From positions 9,195,061 to 9,259,060 of the forward strand of contig CM082584.2 of assembly GCA_040954595.2 (NCBI GenBank): 64,000 nucleotides of DNA, given 5' to 3'. Source of the stretch: Balanoglossus misakiensis (Eukaryota; Animalia; Hemichordata). The position numbers were made by a program, and so were the translations under genes. The first letter of the stretch is position 1, and the number at the start of each line of letters is the position of its first letter. Under the pieces are notes generated by a model. It was not told where the DNA came from. It saw nothing but the letters and a program-made list of their open reading frames with translations, and did not search any database. Below are positions 37,261-50,632 of the stretch, piece by piece.

Positions 37261-40200
37261 ATGTGGCCGCCAACTTTGATAGTACTGCTCCAATGTCTGC
37301 TGTTAACGCAGGTTAGTATTCCCGTCTAATATTACCTTAAAAGTCAGTATCGTTTGCGAGGAGTGAAAATTTAACATCATTTCTACAAAACAACCAGACA
37401 AAACAAGGTAACTTAGATCGAATGATGAAATAATTAGCATCGGATTTATAATTTACCAATCGAATGGACATGGAAACATTCTTTGCCTGGGTTTCTTGTT
37501 TTGCGCGATGATAAAAAAGGATACGCGATCGATCTAGGGCTAGACGTTGTTTGCAGTTTTTAAGCTTTTATTCGTCTCTGACAACCATTGCTTAAGACTC
37601 AAGAAATCACCTTTCCTAAGACTCTACCTATTACGTTGGGAGTATAAATCATACGTATCTTGTCACATAAATCAAGCGAATCGTCTAGGTGTGACACCGT
37701 GTCTTGTTTTTAAGTCTAGTCATCTTGTCAAAAGACCTTCGTGTCCACCCATTTGTGGAAACTGGAAAGGTAATTCTGGTAATATAATGTTGCTTTCGTG
37801 TTGATTCTATTTTGTGTGATCTAAATTTGTCGAATTAAAAAAAATGCATGTACGTACTGGGTGACAACGAGCCGGGTCACAACACCTGATGTCCCATTGT
37901 CTGATCTCGTGTAGCCCGCCGTTAAAGAATGAGCAATTTCTGAATCATTAGGCAATTTCGTTAATTTGATTGATGACCGTCCCCGGTGACTGTCCCTGTG
38001 GGTTCAGAAGAGTCTGTACTTCAGGAGTGGGCGAACAAACGTCTAATGAGGTTTATTTTGTTGTCCGCCGGTGCTTAAGCTTACACACAGTCTGATGTTT
38101 CGCTCATTTTCCCCATTTCATTATGTAACACCTGTACGGTTAATACTGACAAGGGCAGAGTCGGTGCAGTTCACAGAAAGCGCAATACAATGGCATATTG
38201 AAAGCGGTTGCTTCTTAAGACATCATTTACGTCTAGTTTTGGAAAGACATGTTCCCCAATGACAATCTTTCTCTTGATGTGGGCCTAAGAACGTTAGCAA
38301 AACGCTCTGTGGTTATCAGTAAGTCAGAATGAAAACAATATTTCAATATTCGGCCGTTGTTTACTGATTTATTCCTAAATTATTTTTTTTCTGCTTTTAT
38401 TTCATTCAGTAATCCCTGAATAAGGTCAAAACTTTCTTCTGCATATTCATAGCATTCCTTTTGTCTTAGCGTTTTTATGTAAACGTGTTTTTTTTCCGAG
38501 AGAGTACCCGTAACTGCGGCAGTACAATTTAATATCTATTTACATCTTCACCTACATAATATACGCAAATTTATGTTTTATTGGCATGCAGCAAAGTATC
38601 TGAGAGATGTATGTTTGGTACGCAGAGCGGGTTATTAAAAATGGCGAGACTACTTCAAACGACAATGAAGTACAAATATTTTTCAAGCAGTGATAATTTT
38701 GTCCCTATTTGTACATAAATAATCGCAAAAACAGTATAAATATATATTATTATTTTGCAAGCGATTTCGTGCTCAGTACTGAAGAAATGATAAAATATAG
38801 GACTTGATTAAAAGAACGGCACCCTGGGGTTGTTTCGTCGAGTACCTATCCTGCTCTTCATAATTTGTCAATTATAAGCGACTGTATGTTTTTTTTTCAA
38901 ACAAAGACGAAGTCATTGTCAACCTATGAACTCATTACAGTGCTTTTCGCCTGAGTATCGTTATTCTTTTAAAGTTCAACGATGCATCGCGCAATTGTGA
39001 TGCGGACTAATGTTACATTTTGATTATCGAGAGATACGTATCTCATGAGGTGCACGCTTAAATGAGATGCATCACTAATGCGAATCGAGCGTTTATAATT
39101 ACAAATCATGATTTGCCAACTTGTACACAGCATGCGACAATTGAAGTACATAGGTCCAGTATAAGCTGTGCAACACATGAGTCCATGAATACTAGAGTGT
39201 TAATTAAATACTCAACTAAACAACTTAAATTACATAACTACATGTACTTCATTCCCTGTTAAGCCTGATTGCAAGGCTAGAAGGCCACACCTCGAAAGTT
39301 GCAAGTTTAAACTTGTTCATTTATCTGACAAAACCTGTTTACCTGATTAGAACAAAACGACAATGAAAAGTGTCAGTTGCAAGATTATCGGAAATCACCA
39401 TGCGAGAACAAAGACACACGCCCATACAGAACAGATATAAATAAAATCAAATGTTCCTTCTATTTTTACCAAACATGCAGAAAGTACCAAATTGAAATAG
39501 CGCCAATAGGGTTTCACTTCGTGCAAGGGGGTCAAATCACATTTTGATAATTGCATTCTGGGTAAAAGGTCGACAACACTGTAGTAAGACTGTCTTTGTT
39601 AGTGAAGCCGAATCACTCGGGGGAATAAAGCCATTTCCGTCCAATACAACTTCGTTGTTAGTGGGAGTGTTGCTTTAATCGTCCCATTGACAGTAGCTGG
39701 TGCAATTTCCATTTAAAAACTGCAATTGGTTACAGTTGGCGAGAGCAGCGAAATCACTGGCAATCATTACAAGTTTTCCTTTCAATAAAACTTAGCTGTT
39801 GATTAGAGTGTTTCTCTAATCGTCTCCATAACAGCTGCTCGTATCTTTTCTTTTTTATCAACAGTTATTGTTGTGATTTCCAATTGTCTACGGGAAAGCA
39901 GCAATTGACCGGCAGTGATAACAGTATTTTCGTTCAATACAAGACTACTAATAAGTTCTTAATTGCAGTGTTTCTGTAATCGTATAGACGAAAGCACCAG
40001 TATCATGTTGCAGTTTATCGAATATCTAAAATAATTAAATTATTAATTATTAATTTATAGACAATAAACTAAAAGTTAGAAAGGGAATAACTGTATCACT
40101 CCCAGTGAATAACCGCTCTCTCAAAAGCAACTGAAAAAACTATCGTTAGGTAAATAGCACCATAAATTACACTCTCCCCCAGTACATATGAGTTAATTTC

Positions 40201-43200
40201 CTGGCGCTCACCTATCCAGTATTTCCAGTGGTGATGATACTGGTGTGTAGGCGGGTGTTGTTCACGTCAGCATTTCAAGTTCTTTGCGTAAACAATCTCA
40301 TTTCAATTTCCTATCGACGTAATTAAACACGTGGAATTTACGTATAGCTAATACATCACCACTTTCAAAACAAAATATTCCAACGAAAGTCTAGTTTCGG
40401 CGGTGTATAGTATAGTGTACACAATGTTGCTATATTTCCAAGCCAATTTTCCAATCATATTCCCAATACCGTGGAAAGGTTGGGGTCATTAATTAAAGTA
40501 ATGTTTTAGTAGAGAAGACATTTGCCGTCCAAAAACTGTGAAAGTTCTCCGTCATGGATACAGATAGCACAAGCATATCCGTGTATTACACTACGCATGC
40601 GTAGGTGGCTATTTAAAACTTTCCCGGCTTCGCTTCCTAACTTTTTTGGCAATCTTAAGATGTCAGAATATTTACATTATCCGATTAAAACACGACGGTC
40701 TTACGAGAGCGTAAATTAATGGGTGTAATTGTGAATACAGCTTACAGATAGGGAGTTTTGAGGAAAGAAATACCTCATGGGCATTTGATATTAAACACAA
40801 GGGAACACCCGACGGCCATCACTTAAACATCTTTCCTCTATAAATATTTGATTCGTATGGGTAAGTGTACGACTGTCCGCTCGTGGCACGACTCGTCCCA
40901 TTTATGTTTATTATATTCGCCTCGCGCAGGTCTCTCGAAACTATATCTGCTGCAAAAATCCGTTAATTTATAAATCACGCAAAAAAGTACAGAACAAGTT
41001 TAACAATGTGACAGTATAGATTCACGAAACCTTGATTCACGTAATAATTCGGCCAATGTTGAGACAAGTTATATTAGTTTGAAGTAAATTATTCACAAGT
41101 GCCTAATTCAAAGGCCTAGACATGTTTAATTAAGAGAGTTGATTTTATGGTCGGTGACGTAATTCATCAAGGCCATCTTCTTAGTATTTCTCCAAATCTT
41201 GTCTGCGTAACGAGAAGCGCTAGAGCACAGTCACTCCACACATGACTGTGCCAGTGGCTAGCCCAATAAGACCAAAAACCCCAAGGACACCACGGCCTTG
41301 ACTGATTTAAATGTTGTAATTGATACACGACCACTGGAGAACGCACTGGGAACAATTGCTAATAAAAACACAGATAAAATTTTCAGATGCATAGATAAAA
41401 CGGTAACTCTGCCGTGCCATATGGTTCTGCGATTAGAAAATATAACAGAAATACTCGTTTTATATTTACCATCGCCAGGAGTGGTAAAACATTTTACGGG
41501 TCACTAGATGGGCACACGGATGGAATAGCAAAGTTCCATTCATAAGTACTGTGATCTTTACATTAAATTGTTCGATATGCAAAATCTATATTTTTTCCGA
41601 ATGGATATTCATGTATTTCATATGAGTCTACTGAGCATCACAATATTTAGTTGCCATGATAACAATCGAAGATGCTGTAAGAGTCAGATGAACGGATGAG
41701 GGTGACTGCGTTCTCAAGGCAGTCATGAAATGAACATAAGCCATAAATAATATTTTGCATGAGATTTCCACACAATATCGATATTGAAGAAATTCGTGAC
41801 ACATTAACGGCTTGAAACGAGGAGAAGAATAATGCAGCTTGTCCGTTATCTTTCATCATTTCGCATTTGCACAGTGCGGAAAAAATTTTAACGACAGATA
41901 ATCATCGACAGTATCACGTGTTATTGGCGTATTAAGAATTGTTTTATTGTCACCGTGGTTCTGAATTGCAAACTGCCACCTGGAAACAAATCTTAATCCA
42001 TGTATATTATAAGTACACGGCATACTGTATGTATCAATGACGTATACTAAGAGGCCTATACGCGTCAATCACGAACGACACAGCAAATGTGCCAAATATA
42101 CCTGTGATAGTCGCCTCAATTAGTAGATAGTTATTACATTTGCTGGTTTATGTACAGAAGAATGACCAGCAGGTTTATGTATAGAAGAATGATCAAAACT
42201 AATCAGTAATATGCGCCTGCGCAAACCAATCGATGTGTGATATTCATTTTCACGTAGAAATCACGACATCCGAATGCAATTAACCCAGATCAACAACCAA
42301 AGTAGTTTGAGTAAACATATCTAGTTTCTTTCATTGTGTGGCCCTTTTATCTAAAATTTAATCATGATTTCTGACTGAATATTCACATTTTAATATCGGG
42401 TTACTTCTCTGGAGCTGTCCTGAATTGAACATATCAGAACTGTTAATTTAAATGTATGTCGTGACAAATTATTCTTTTGAAGGTGAGAACCAGGCAAAGC
42501 CAAACACCTACGCTTAGAAAATATCATGACACATGTTACAATTTGTGCCATAATATACAAAATCAATATTTCATGTGTCATGTTCATGTATGACAGAGTC
42601 CCGATATTAGAAATCGTGACTTTTTGTAATGAAATTTAGAAAAGATTCTTGGATGAATTGGGTGTCAAAAAATTTTTAGACGTATGTTTAGTTTACATCA
42701 AACAAAAACGTCCACTGACAAACTGAAGTGAATAGACGTTGAACGAGTCATGATACAAGCGAATCCGCACAGCGCTTTAACACGTAAATATGCCTGTCGG
42801 GAGAATATGGAATTTACAATCCATTATTGACCGACAGAAGCAACAGGAAATGCTATTGGCAATGGGTAGAAGGGCAAATGCTCAAAATACTCTTCATTAA
42901 TTCAACACGTGCAGATTTGCAGGCTGTAAACAAGCCATTTGCTCTATACCTATGCGGGTCACCTTTACATTTGGTAGATCAAGTACCTTGGTCGTTATTT
43001 CTGTGAATAATGAATGCCATTTTGCATAAAATGGATGACCACAGAAATTATTAATGACAGAAGCGTAATATCTTCCTATTTATGATATACGATGTCACCT
43101 TTAATCAAACCCCCTTTGCGCGTTCAATCGTTAATTCACCTCAAACCACATCGCATTGTTAAGAGAGAGAGAAAGAAGGGAATATATGTTAAGTACGACT

Positions 43201-46200
43201 GTCTTCTTGTAAAAGCAGGAGAGCCAGAATGACCGAGGCAAAACGTTTAGTAACTCGCAGGAAAGTAACATGATATTCCTTTTGCCCTGCAGATCATTTC
43301 GATACTAGTAAAGGCACTGTCGCAGTTAACAACTTGATGAAACATTTTAAGCTTTTTAACAATCGGACATGCTTTTAATTCCGTCTATCAAATGATATTG
43401 CATGATAATATATCAAGAAAACACTTATTTATGACAAAATTTCCAAAAAATGCAAGAAATTCGTCCAACCATCGTCTATGAATTCACACCACGAGTTATA
43501 TTTCTAAACATTCGGGGTTTTTTTCGTTTGCAGTGTTCAGGATCTAAAGCTGAGAGTCCAGATAAAAATGAAACAATATCAACGACAGGTATGTATGTTT
43601 CTGTACTGTGTGCCCAGATTGCAGCTAATATGTAAATGAAAACGCGTTCATTATTTCGGGACATTAATGTTATTAATACTGTCAAGTATTCCAATGGTGA
43701 TTCTGTCATGGATGCTTTGATTGTAATGAAACCTTGCATTAAAATGCAACTGGGCGCTGAACCTGAATAGCATACCCGAATAATTGATTACGCGGCACTT
43801 TGTCGTAATCCCCTTTGAAAGTAAATCACCCTAGCTTGAATTCACTGCATGATAGCGACCTATACGAGGCACAACGTATTAATCCCTAGGTTATATCTTA
43901 ATTACCGTTCTAATTATCTTGTCATGTTTGTTGATGGGACGACAATTTACCCCTGAGACTATAAAACCCGAGCGGAAGTCATTGGCCAAATATGTCTCTA
44001 TGCATACTGAAAGCATCTGATGGAGCGTCCACTGTTCAAGATTACGAAGGAATAGCGATGTTTTCTGAATGTCTAGAAAATCAGTAAAATGTTGTCCCTG
44101 TACAGTTGACGAATGTCTCCTGCAACAAATTGTCTAAGTGTATGAAATGTGTCCAAATTCGTCGTGTAAAATACAATGTCCCTTATATTACTGTGAGACT
44201 GTGATTTGTTGATCTACAGGTTAAATTTCAGCCGCAGATTTGTCATTCTGGTCACGTGAACACGCCGAAAGAAAATCGATGCACGTGTGTGATACGACTT
44301 TTACGACCTTCACAACAGTAACATTGCAGTCGTATATCTGAGTGACAGTACTGTCACCATTAAACACTCACAGCCAACCGACCCAATAGAGGAAAACACA
44401 CATAATGCGTGCGACTGCAAACATCAGTATGCTCGTCTTCATAATCCACTATCAATAATATGCGAGATCTCTGAGACGTTGACAAGTTTACACGTCAAAA
44501 GTAATAGCCATTAACCATAGTGAACTTCATTTTCTAAACAACACCATCGTTCCGCGATAGCATAACGTTCAGAGTAAATATATCGAAACGCGGATTGCTA
44601 ACTTCGGTTCTATGAATGTCAAACATTTCCTCAATCTCAAAGAGTGTCGGCCTGTTGCGACATTTGCCATGTAAAACCACTTTGTCTTTCTTCAACGCGA
44701 CAAGACACGATCGATTTTGAGCATGTCCTAATTATCCACACTCATCATATCAATGGAGCGTAAGCACGCGAACATAAATCTAGCTTACAAAGTGTGCGTC
44801 ATCCCATCTCCAATTATCGAGAGGTTATTGAAAGTACAAAACTGTAGACTACTCGTTGACATTTCAGTTTATTGTAACCTCTGACAATTCGTCGTTTGCT
44901 CGGCGTAATTTTTTCGCTGCTATGGTAACCTTAACATCAAGAAAGCTGCTCTCTGAAATCTTTTGAGGAGCGCGCAAGACCAGAAGCAATTTTTGACTAA
45001 GTACATGGACCAATTTTTTTGCATTAGACCACAAAATCGGCTCCGATTTGAAACCGCTTTAAGCAGGGGATTTTCAATGCAAATAACTAGTACACTCTTA
45101 GAACCACATTTTATCTGTCTGTTAAGTTACTCTTTGATGTTTGCGTCATTTAAATGTCGTCTGCTCTCTAAAACTTTATGCATTTTTAAAAACTTCATAA
45201 TCACAATGCAGGTCTAGACGGGGAATTGGACGCGGGCGTTCGTCTGGTGGACCGTCTTCTAGATAAGTACCCGAAGCATCCTGTCCGACCGGTCAGAAAT
45301 CAATCCCATATCGTGGAAATCACACACAGGATGACGCCAATACAATTGATCGATATGGTGAGATAATGCCCCCCCCCCTCTCACAACATCATTTGGTCAT
45401 TTGTCAATCCGAGCCTGATATCCCTGAGATATACATCAGCCACAATCATGGCGAATGATAAACAGCATGTGCTTAATTGCTATCTGCGTGGTGCGTGGTG
45501 AATTTGGGAAGCCTGTTGCATCAATACTTGCTCGTGCTCGTACTTCTAAATCGCACATTATGTCTGAAGGGCAGACTAGAAAGAACGCTACTGAATGTAA
45601 TCACCTCTAATTTACAATATACCCACACATGGTAGCGGACGGGGTCCGTGAGAGAGAATTTAAAGTCTGATGAACCGAATGTGTTTACCTATAATTGACC
45701 CGACGAAGTGGAAAACACGACTTATCGCCCTTGGTCAGCCCAAATGAAGTGAAATCTTAGAGTACAGTGAACTACTGAAGTACGAATAAACAAGTATTGC
45801 TAAACCAAGTTTTAAAAAAGGGGGAATGGATGCGTTGATGTTACTCACCGACGGGGACGGCACATTATTGTTTTCCTTCCACAGTATCCATTAAAATGGC
45901 AACATCTTGTCTTCGATCTCGGTCTCACTGCTTCTTGCTTTCTACATTTGTAGGACGAGAAAAACCAAGTCATTACGTTGAAGAGTTGGCTGGCCCAGGT
46001 GAGTGTAATCGTTCGATTATTATTTTAAGGTGGTGGGGTTGTATGAGAGGTGCTTGAAGACCAATTTGAAGTTGGTTTTTCATTTCAATGATATCTAGTT
46101 CGCTTACTTTAAAATGGAATTCCATTTTATCATTTTTTTCACGATTTTAATAAGAAAATACGGACAACGTATCTTCTCTAATTAATTGTCTGCTCATAAT

Positions 46201-49200
46201 TTCCTAAAGAAGTTAGTTAATTACAGTATTATTGCGAAAATGCAAGTGCGCTTGTGTGAATACTAAGTACTCTCAGACAACTACTGTCTACTACAGATAA
46301 CTACCCTCAGTCACTGGCAGAAATATACGGAGCCCCTTATCACCATCGTTGTCGAAATGTCGTTACTCATTTTTTTAATCCGTCGAATACTGAATCAAAA
46401 TTATTTGATTATTGTTGCAATATTTTTGCTCAGAGATGGATAGACGAGTACCTGACTTGGGACCCTGCCGACTACAACGGTATTAATGAGATGCAGATAC
46501 CAATTGCATCGATTTGGCAGCCGGACACCGTCATCTACAGCAGGTGGGGATGTACATGTACATAATAATTTTAAACCCCATTCGTTTATAGTATAAGTTT
46601 TTGTAAGAATTTATGAGGCGCACTGCAGTATTAGCGCGACGGTCTCTTTTCCTTTCGATTGGCGGCGATTTTGATTATTTCCCCGTGGAAATATAACTAG
46701 GCAAAATAAGGATTATTGGCCCCGTGAGCCCGGATGAGGATTTAATGAAGGAGTGACATTTGAGGCAATCTCCAAAACTATACCAGGAAATCGATATTGT
46801 AATCTTCAGATGCTTAACCTTGTCCGTTTCGTTCTTCAAACTTTTCCTGTCGCGAGAAGAATCTCTGAGACATTCCTAAATTATTATTGGCCAGAGGGCT
46901 CTAGGTGTTGTTTATTGAACTCTCTATCTCTCGAAATCCATCTTTGCAATAACATTAACGTCTTAAAATGTATCCCGAAGACATAATGTTTCTATCCTGA
47001 TCTTCTTTTTTAAACGTTACAATATTGCGGATTGGATTTTTTTAAATCCGGTATATGCGTTTCGCATTAAGGAACCTTTTTATGGTAAACTATATTCTTG
47101 GGGCTATAATGTGTGTGACAACTTCATGTCTTTCGAATTCGAAGGAAACCTCGATGATTTTCACTTTCACCTCCGGCGCCCTTGCAGGTGGAGCGCTATG
47201 CCCTCCCAATAATACTGGAAAAAGTTGGAACAATTAGAATAAAAACGTTGAAAAACAAAATACTTAGTCTACAAAACGTCATGAATATTTTACATTCTCA
47301 AGACTTTCTCTCCTCGAAATGATCCTTGTTGAAGGCAGTCATACATGTTTAACGTCCTTACACAATGAATAAGATATGAAGTACTGTATGCTGCAGCGAT
47401 GTGTTCAGGCTATAGGCCTAACCAGACTTAAAGAGTTTTATACTAGGAACATCCCGGCATAAACTTCACAGAAAATGCTGTCATGGGACGAGATAGCTTT
47501 TCATCGCGTGTGATTGACGTCAGGCATTTTATAAACCCTTTTAGCTGAATACAAGGATTTGAGAGACCTTAACATTGAAGGCTTGAAGGCAATATTAAAT
47601 TATACTTAATCTAATCGACACTGAGTTTCCTATGGAGTTTGTACACGCACTATTCTGTGGATTTCAGAATATGTAATCATGGCATGACATGAAATGATAC
47701 CAGGAGAACTCTCTTCCTTATATGGGTACATCAACATACTGAAACTTGATTGTCTACTATGATAGCAAGTAGCAAAGACAGAAAACTATACATACTAAAT
47801 GTTTTACTTTCGGATATTCGTCAACATAATACGGCATCGACCAGCAATCAAAGACATAAAATGAATCTGGCAACTGCTGAGTCATCTATTATTAAATTTT
47901 AATTTTCGTAAAGTCCTGTTTTTATGAGACTAAGCCTCCTTTTCATGGGCTAATATTTTACTAATACTTTGACGATGAAAGGTCTTTTCACATTTAATAC
48001 ATAGTTGAGCCAAAGAAATTGGAAAGGTATACTGTTAAAGTTATTACAAAATACTGAGAAATGGGAGGCCTGTACTTATAAGAAAGGCAAAAAATCTAGG
48101 TCTTTTCTTTCGCGTCATCTTTTCCGAAAGGTGACGCATCACATCAATGTCAGGATAACCTTTGGTAAATCACTGTCATTGACATTAAATTTTATAGCTC
48201 AGACAACTCAGATTGTAACACATGGAAGACGACCATCCACAATTTACGAACTTCTTTTAGAGGATTCACGCATATATATTGCAAGTTCAATACAATAAAG
48301 CCACAACTGCATGGGCGAATTTCACCAAAGCTTCATCGATACCCGTCCGGTTATTATTCTCCATTCGAATATGAAAAGCAACGTCATACTTTTTCTGCAT
48401 CGCAAATTATTTAATGAATAACGAGAATAATTAACAATATATAATTTAATGATTCATTCTTGTCTGAACAGCTGGGGCTATTTGGTGGAATACATTATGC
48501 GTGTCCTCGAAAGAAGCGCAGATCTGCGAATCAGTTACTTAATCATCCTTATCAGGGATGGGAGTTCATTTCCCCTGGGAGCACATAAATTACATTATCT
48601 GAAAAACCATTTGTATAGTTATGGTGCTTGAGTGTTACCATATCTATGACGCAGAAGAATGACAGCTTTGCTATAAAGCCTATGAATTTGCAATTTGGTC
48701 TCTCGGCGGGGCACATCGCGTATAAACCACGGATATAACGCGTATTATAATTTCAAATAAAGATCATTATCTTTGAAATCCACCTGATGTCGAAAACATA
48801 TTAATTTCAGCGCGCATCACTAGCATCAAAGTGCATCAACATATTTTTATATTAAGAGGTCTGTGTGTACATTGGCAAAAATAAATTTTAGTTTGAATAC
48901 TGTGTCAAATATATCACAAATTTGTATGTTATAGGTTGTATTATTTCATGAATTTGAAATTGTATATATTTTTGTTGATTACAGTGTTCGTCAAGAGTCA
49001 TTACGTCAGACGAATGCGGAAGCTATCGTGTCTAATAACGGATTGGTGCTATCCATTCAGTTCTACATCATCAAAGCGACATGCGCAATCGACGCCACTT
49101 TATTTCCTTTCGACGAGCAGCGCTGCGATTTCAAATTCGCTTCTTGGAGCTACCACGGCGGTCTGGTCAACTTCATCCCCGACCCAGAAAGCGACGTTGA

Positions 49201-49746
49201 ACATTTTATTAGCAATGGAGAGTGGGAGCTTCTGGAGATGCCCGTGCATCGAGGCAAAGAGTCTCACGTCTGCTGCAAGGAGTCGTTCCCGAGCATCAAC
49301 TACACCCTCCACCTGAAGCGGCGCTCTACATTTTATGTCGTCAACATCGTGTTTCCATCTTTCCTGGCCTACATACTGATCTCCGTTGGATTTTACATGC
49401 CGTCTGATTCCGGCGAGCGAATGAGTTTGTGCGTTATCAGTATACTATCGCAATTTGTTTTCCTGACTGTGGTTGCCGATTTCATGCCGCCTACTGCCGA
49501 ATTTGTACCATACTTACGTGAGTACAAAACTTTCTGTCTTGCTATTGAGCCAAATTTGAATTCAAGTCCGGACAAGAATTAATTTGTCAACAATAATAAT
49601 GGCCGTTACACACATACAGTCTATGTTGATAAGTGGAGTACTGTGTATATTAGCATGCTGATTGGAGTAGAACAAGAAACTGCATTCGGTACACAGAACA
49701 AAAATATTGAAATTGACGCCAAAAGTTACAGCTAATGTCCCTTTAT

Positions 49747-49781
<35 letters not shown>

Positions 49782-50344
49782 GTTACTTGTTCTTTTGTCT
49801 TTCAGAGAGGTACTTCTTCACAACAATAGGATTAGCCGTCGTTTCTGCATTTGTCACCGCTTGGACACTGAACATGCACTTCCAGGGTGCCGTGTGTCAC
49901 GAAGTGCCCAACTGGGTCAAGTTTCTGTGCTTCAATTTTTTGGCACGGTTTGCGTGTACGCGCGTCCGCGTGAAAAGCTACATGAAACTCGGAAGTGAAG
50001 GGGCGGCTTTGGTGTTTGACGACATACCTATGAACCTGTACAACAATCAGAACAAGTCCAACCATGTGGGTATTAATTGCGACAATCAAATGCGAAGCAG
50101 CGACATGGATAAGAATCGAAGAGGGAGCGCGAACGAGGAGGGCGCTATAATGATTGTCCGAAATCCCGACACCGACCCTGATATACAGCAACGTCGCCTG
50201 AGGGAGTGGCGAGAGGTGGCGAGAATCATCGACAGATCCTATTTTGTTCTGTACACACTGATGCAGATTTTTCTCGTTATTGGATTCCTGGTGTACATCG
50301 CCAAAACAGGAGAGGGTTTCCACCAAGAGGATGAGGAACACTAA
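37261..50344 (+). CDS. Nicotinic acetylcholine receptor-like Cys-loop channel subunit, alpha-type (vicinal CC), divergent; about 492 aa
   Basis: Exons 37261-37311 (signal peptide MWPPTLIVLLQCLLLTQ), 43534-43588, 45212-45357 (RLVDRLL...VRPVRN...IQLIDM), 45954-45998 (DEKNQVITLKSWLAQ, 45 nt), 46434-46543 (WIDEYLTWDPADYNGI...WQPD, 110 nt), 48985-49517 (Cys loop CAIDATLFPFDEQRC, loop B SWSY, loop C HVCCKESF, M1, GER-M2), 49806-50344 (M3, EWREVARIIDR, M4). Total 1479 nt, in frame. The first two exons are less certain than the rest. Confidence 0.9.
49747..49781. repeat. (AATC)n microsatellite, about 9 copies, just upstream of the last nAChR acceptor
   Basis: Read directly from the sequence. Confidence 0.9.
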
Positions 50345-50363
50345 AACCCGAAGCAACCAGTGA

Positions 50364-50632
50364 TAGTCTTAGAATCCAGACTCATGTGTTTTTTCGCTAT
50401 GACTGTAACCATGGCAATCAGGTCAATGCTGACCATGTGATCATGATAACCAGACCTACTACTACTGATTGACTGCATTAATGAGCAAGGATGTTGCTCT
50501 ATAATCAGTGACATGGGTTGCCATGGTTAGTGTCCGTTAATATACAAATAGAAAAAATTCAAAAGTCAGACGACAAGGCAAGACTGTGTGTGGAGCAAAG
50601 CGAAAAAACACACCAGACTGGATTCTAGACTA
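50364..50632. mobile_element. Foldback/MITE-like element with nested inverted repeats in the nAChR 3' UTR
   Basis: Inverted pairs: TAGTCTTAGAATCCAG (50364-50379) with CTGGATTCTAGACTA (50618-50632); TGTGTTTTTTCGCT (50385-50398) with AGCGAAAAAACACA (50599-50612); TAACCATGGCAA (50406-50417) with TTGCCATGGTTA (50518-50529). Confidence 0.75.

Noticed and set aside
40740-40866. ATGG|GTAAGT as an alternative nAChR first exon
   Set aside because: It would yield a subunit with no signal peptide, and a lone donor consensus in 6 kb of intron is expected by chance.
46020-47575. Possible TTAA-flanked elements in nAChR introns (TTAAGG...CCTTAA)
   Set aside because: The terminal matches are only 2-3 bp beyond TTAA and no second copy was found in the window, so the boundaries are not supportable.
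49832-50356. 174-aa minus-strand ORF
   Set aside because: Antisense to the last nAChR coding exon, with no independent support.
50405-50530. Two RFX X-box-like words in the nAChR 3' UTR
   Set aside because: They are the two arms of an inverted repeat inside the foldback element, so better explained as transposon sequence.
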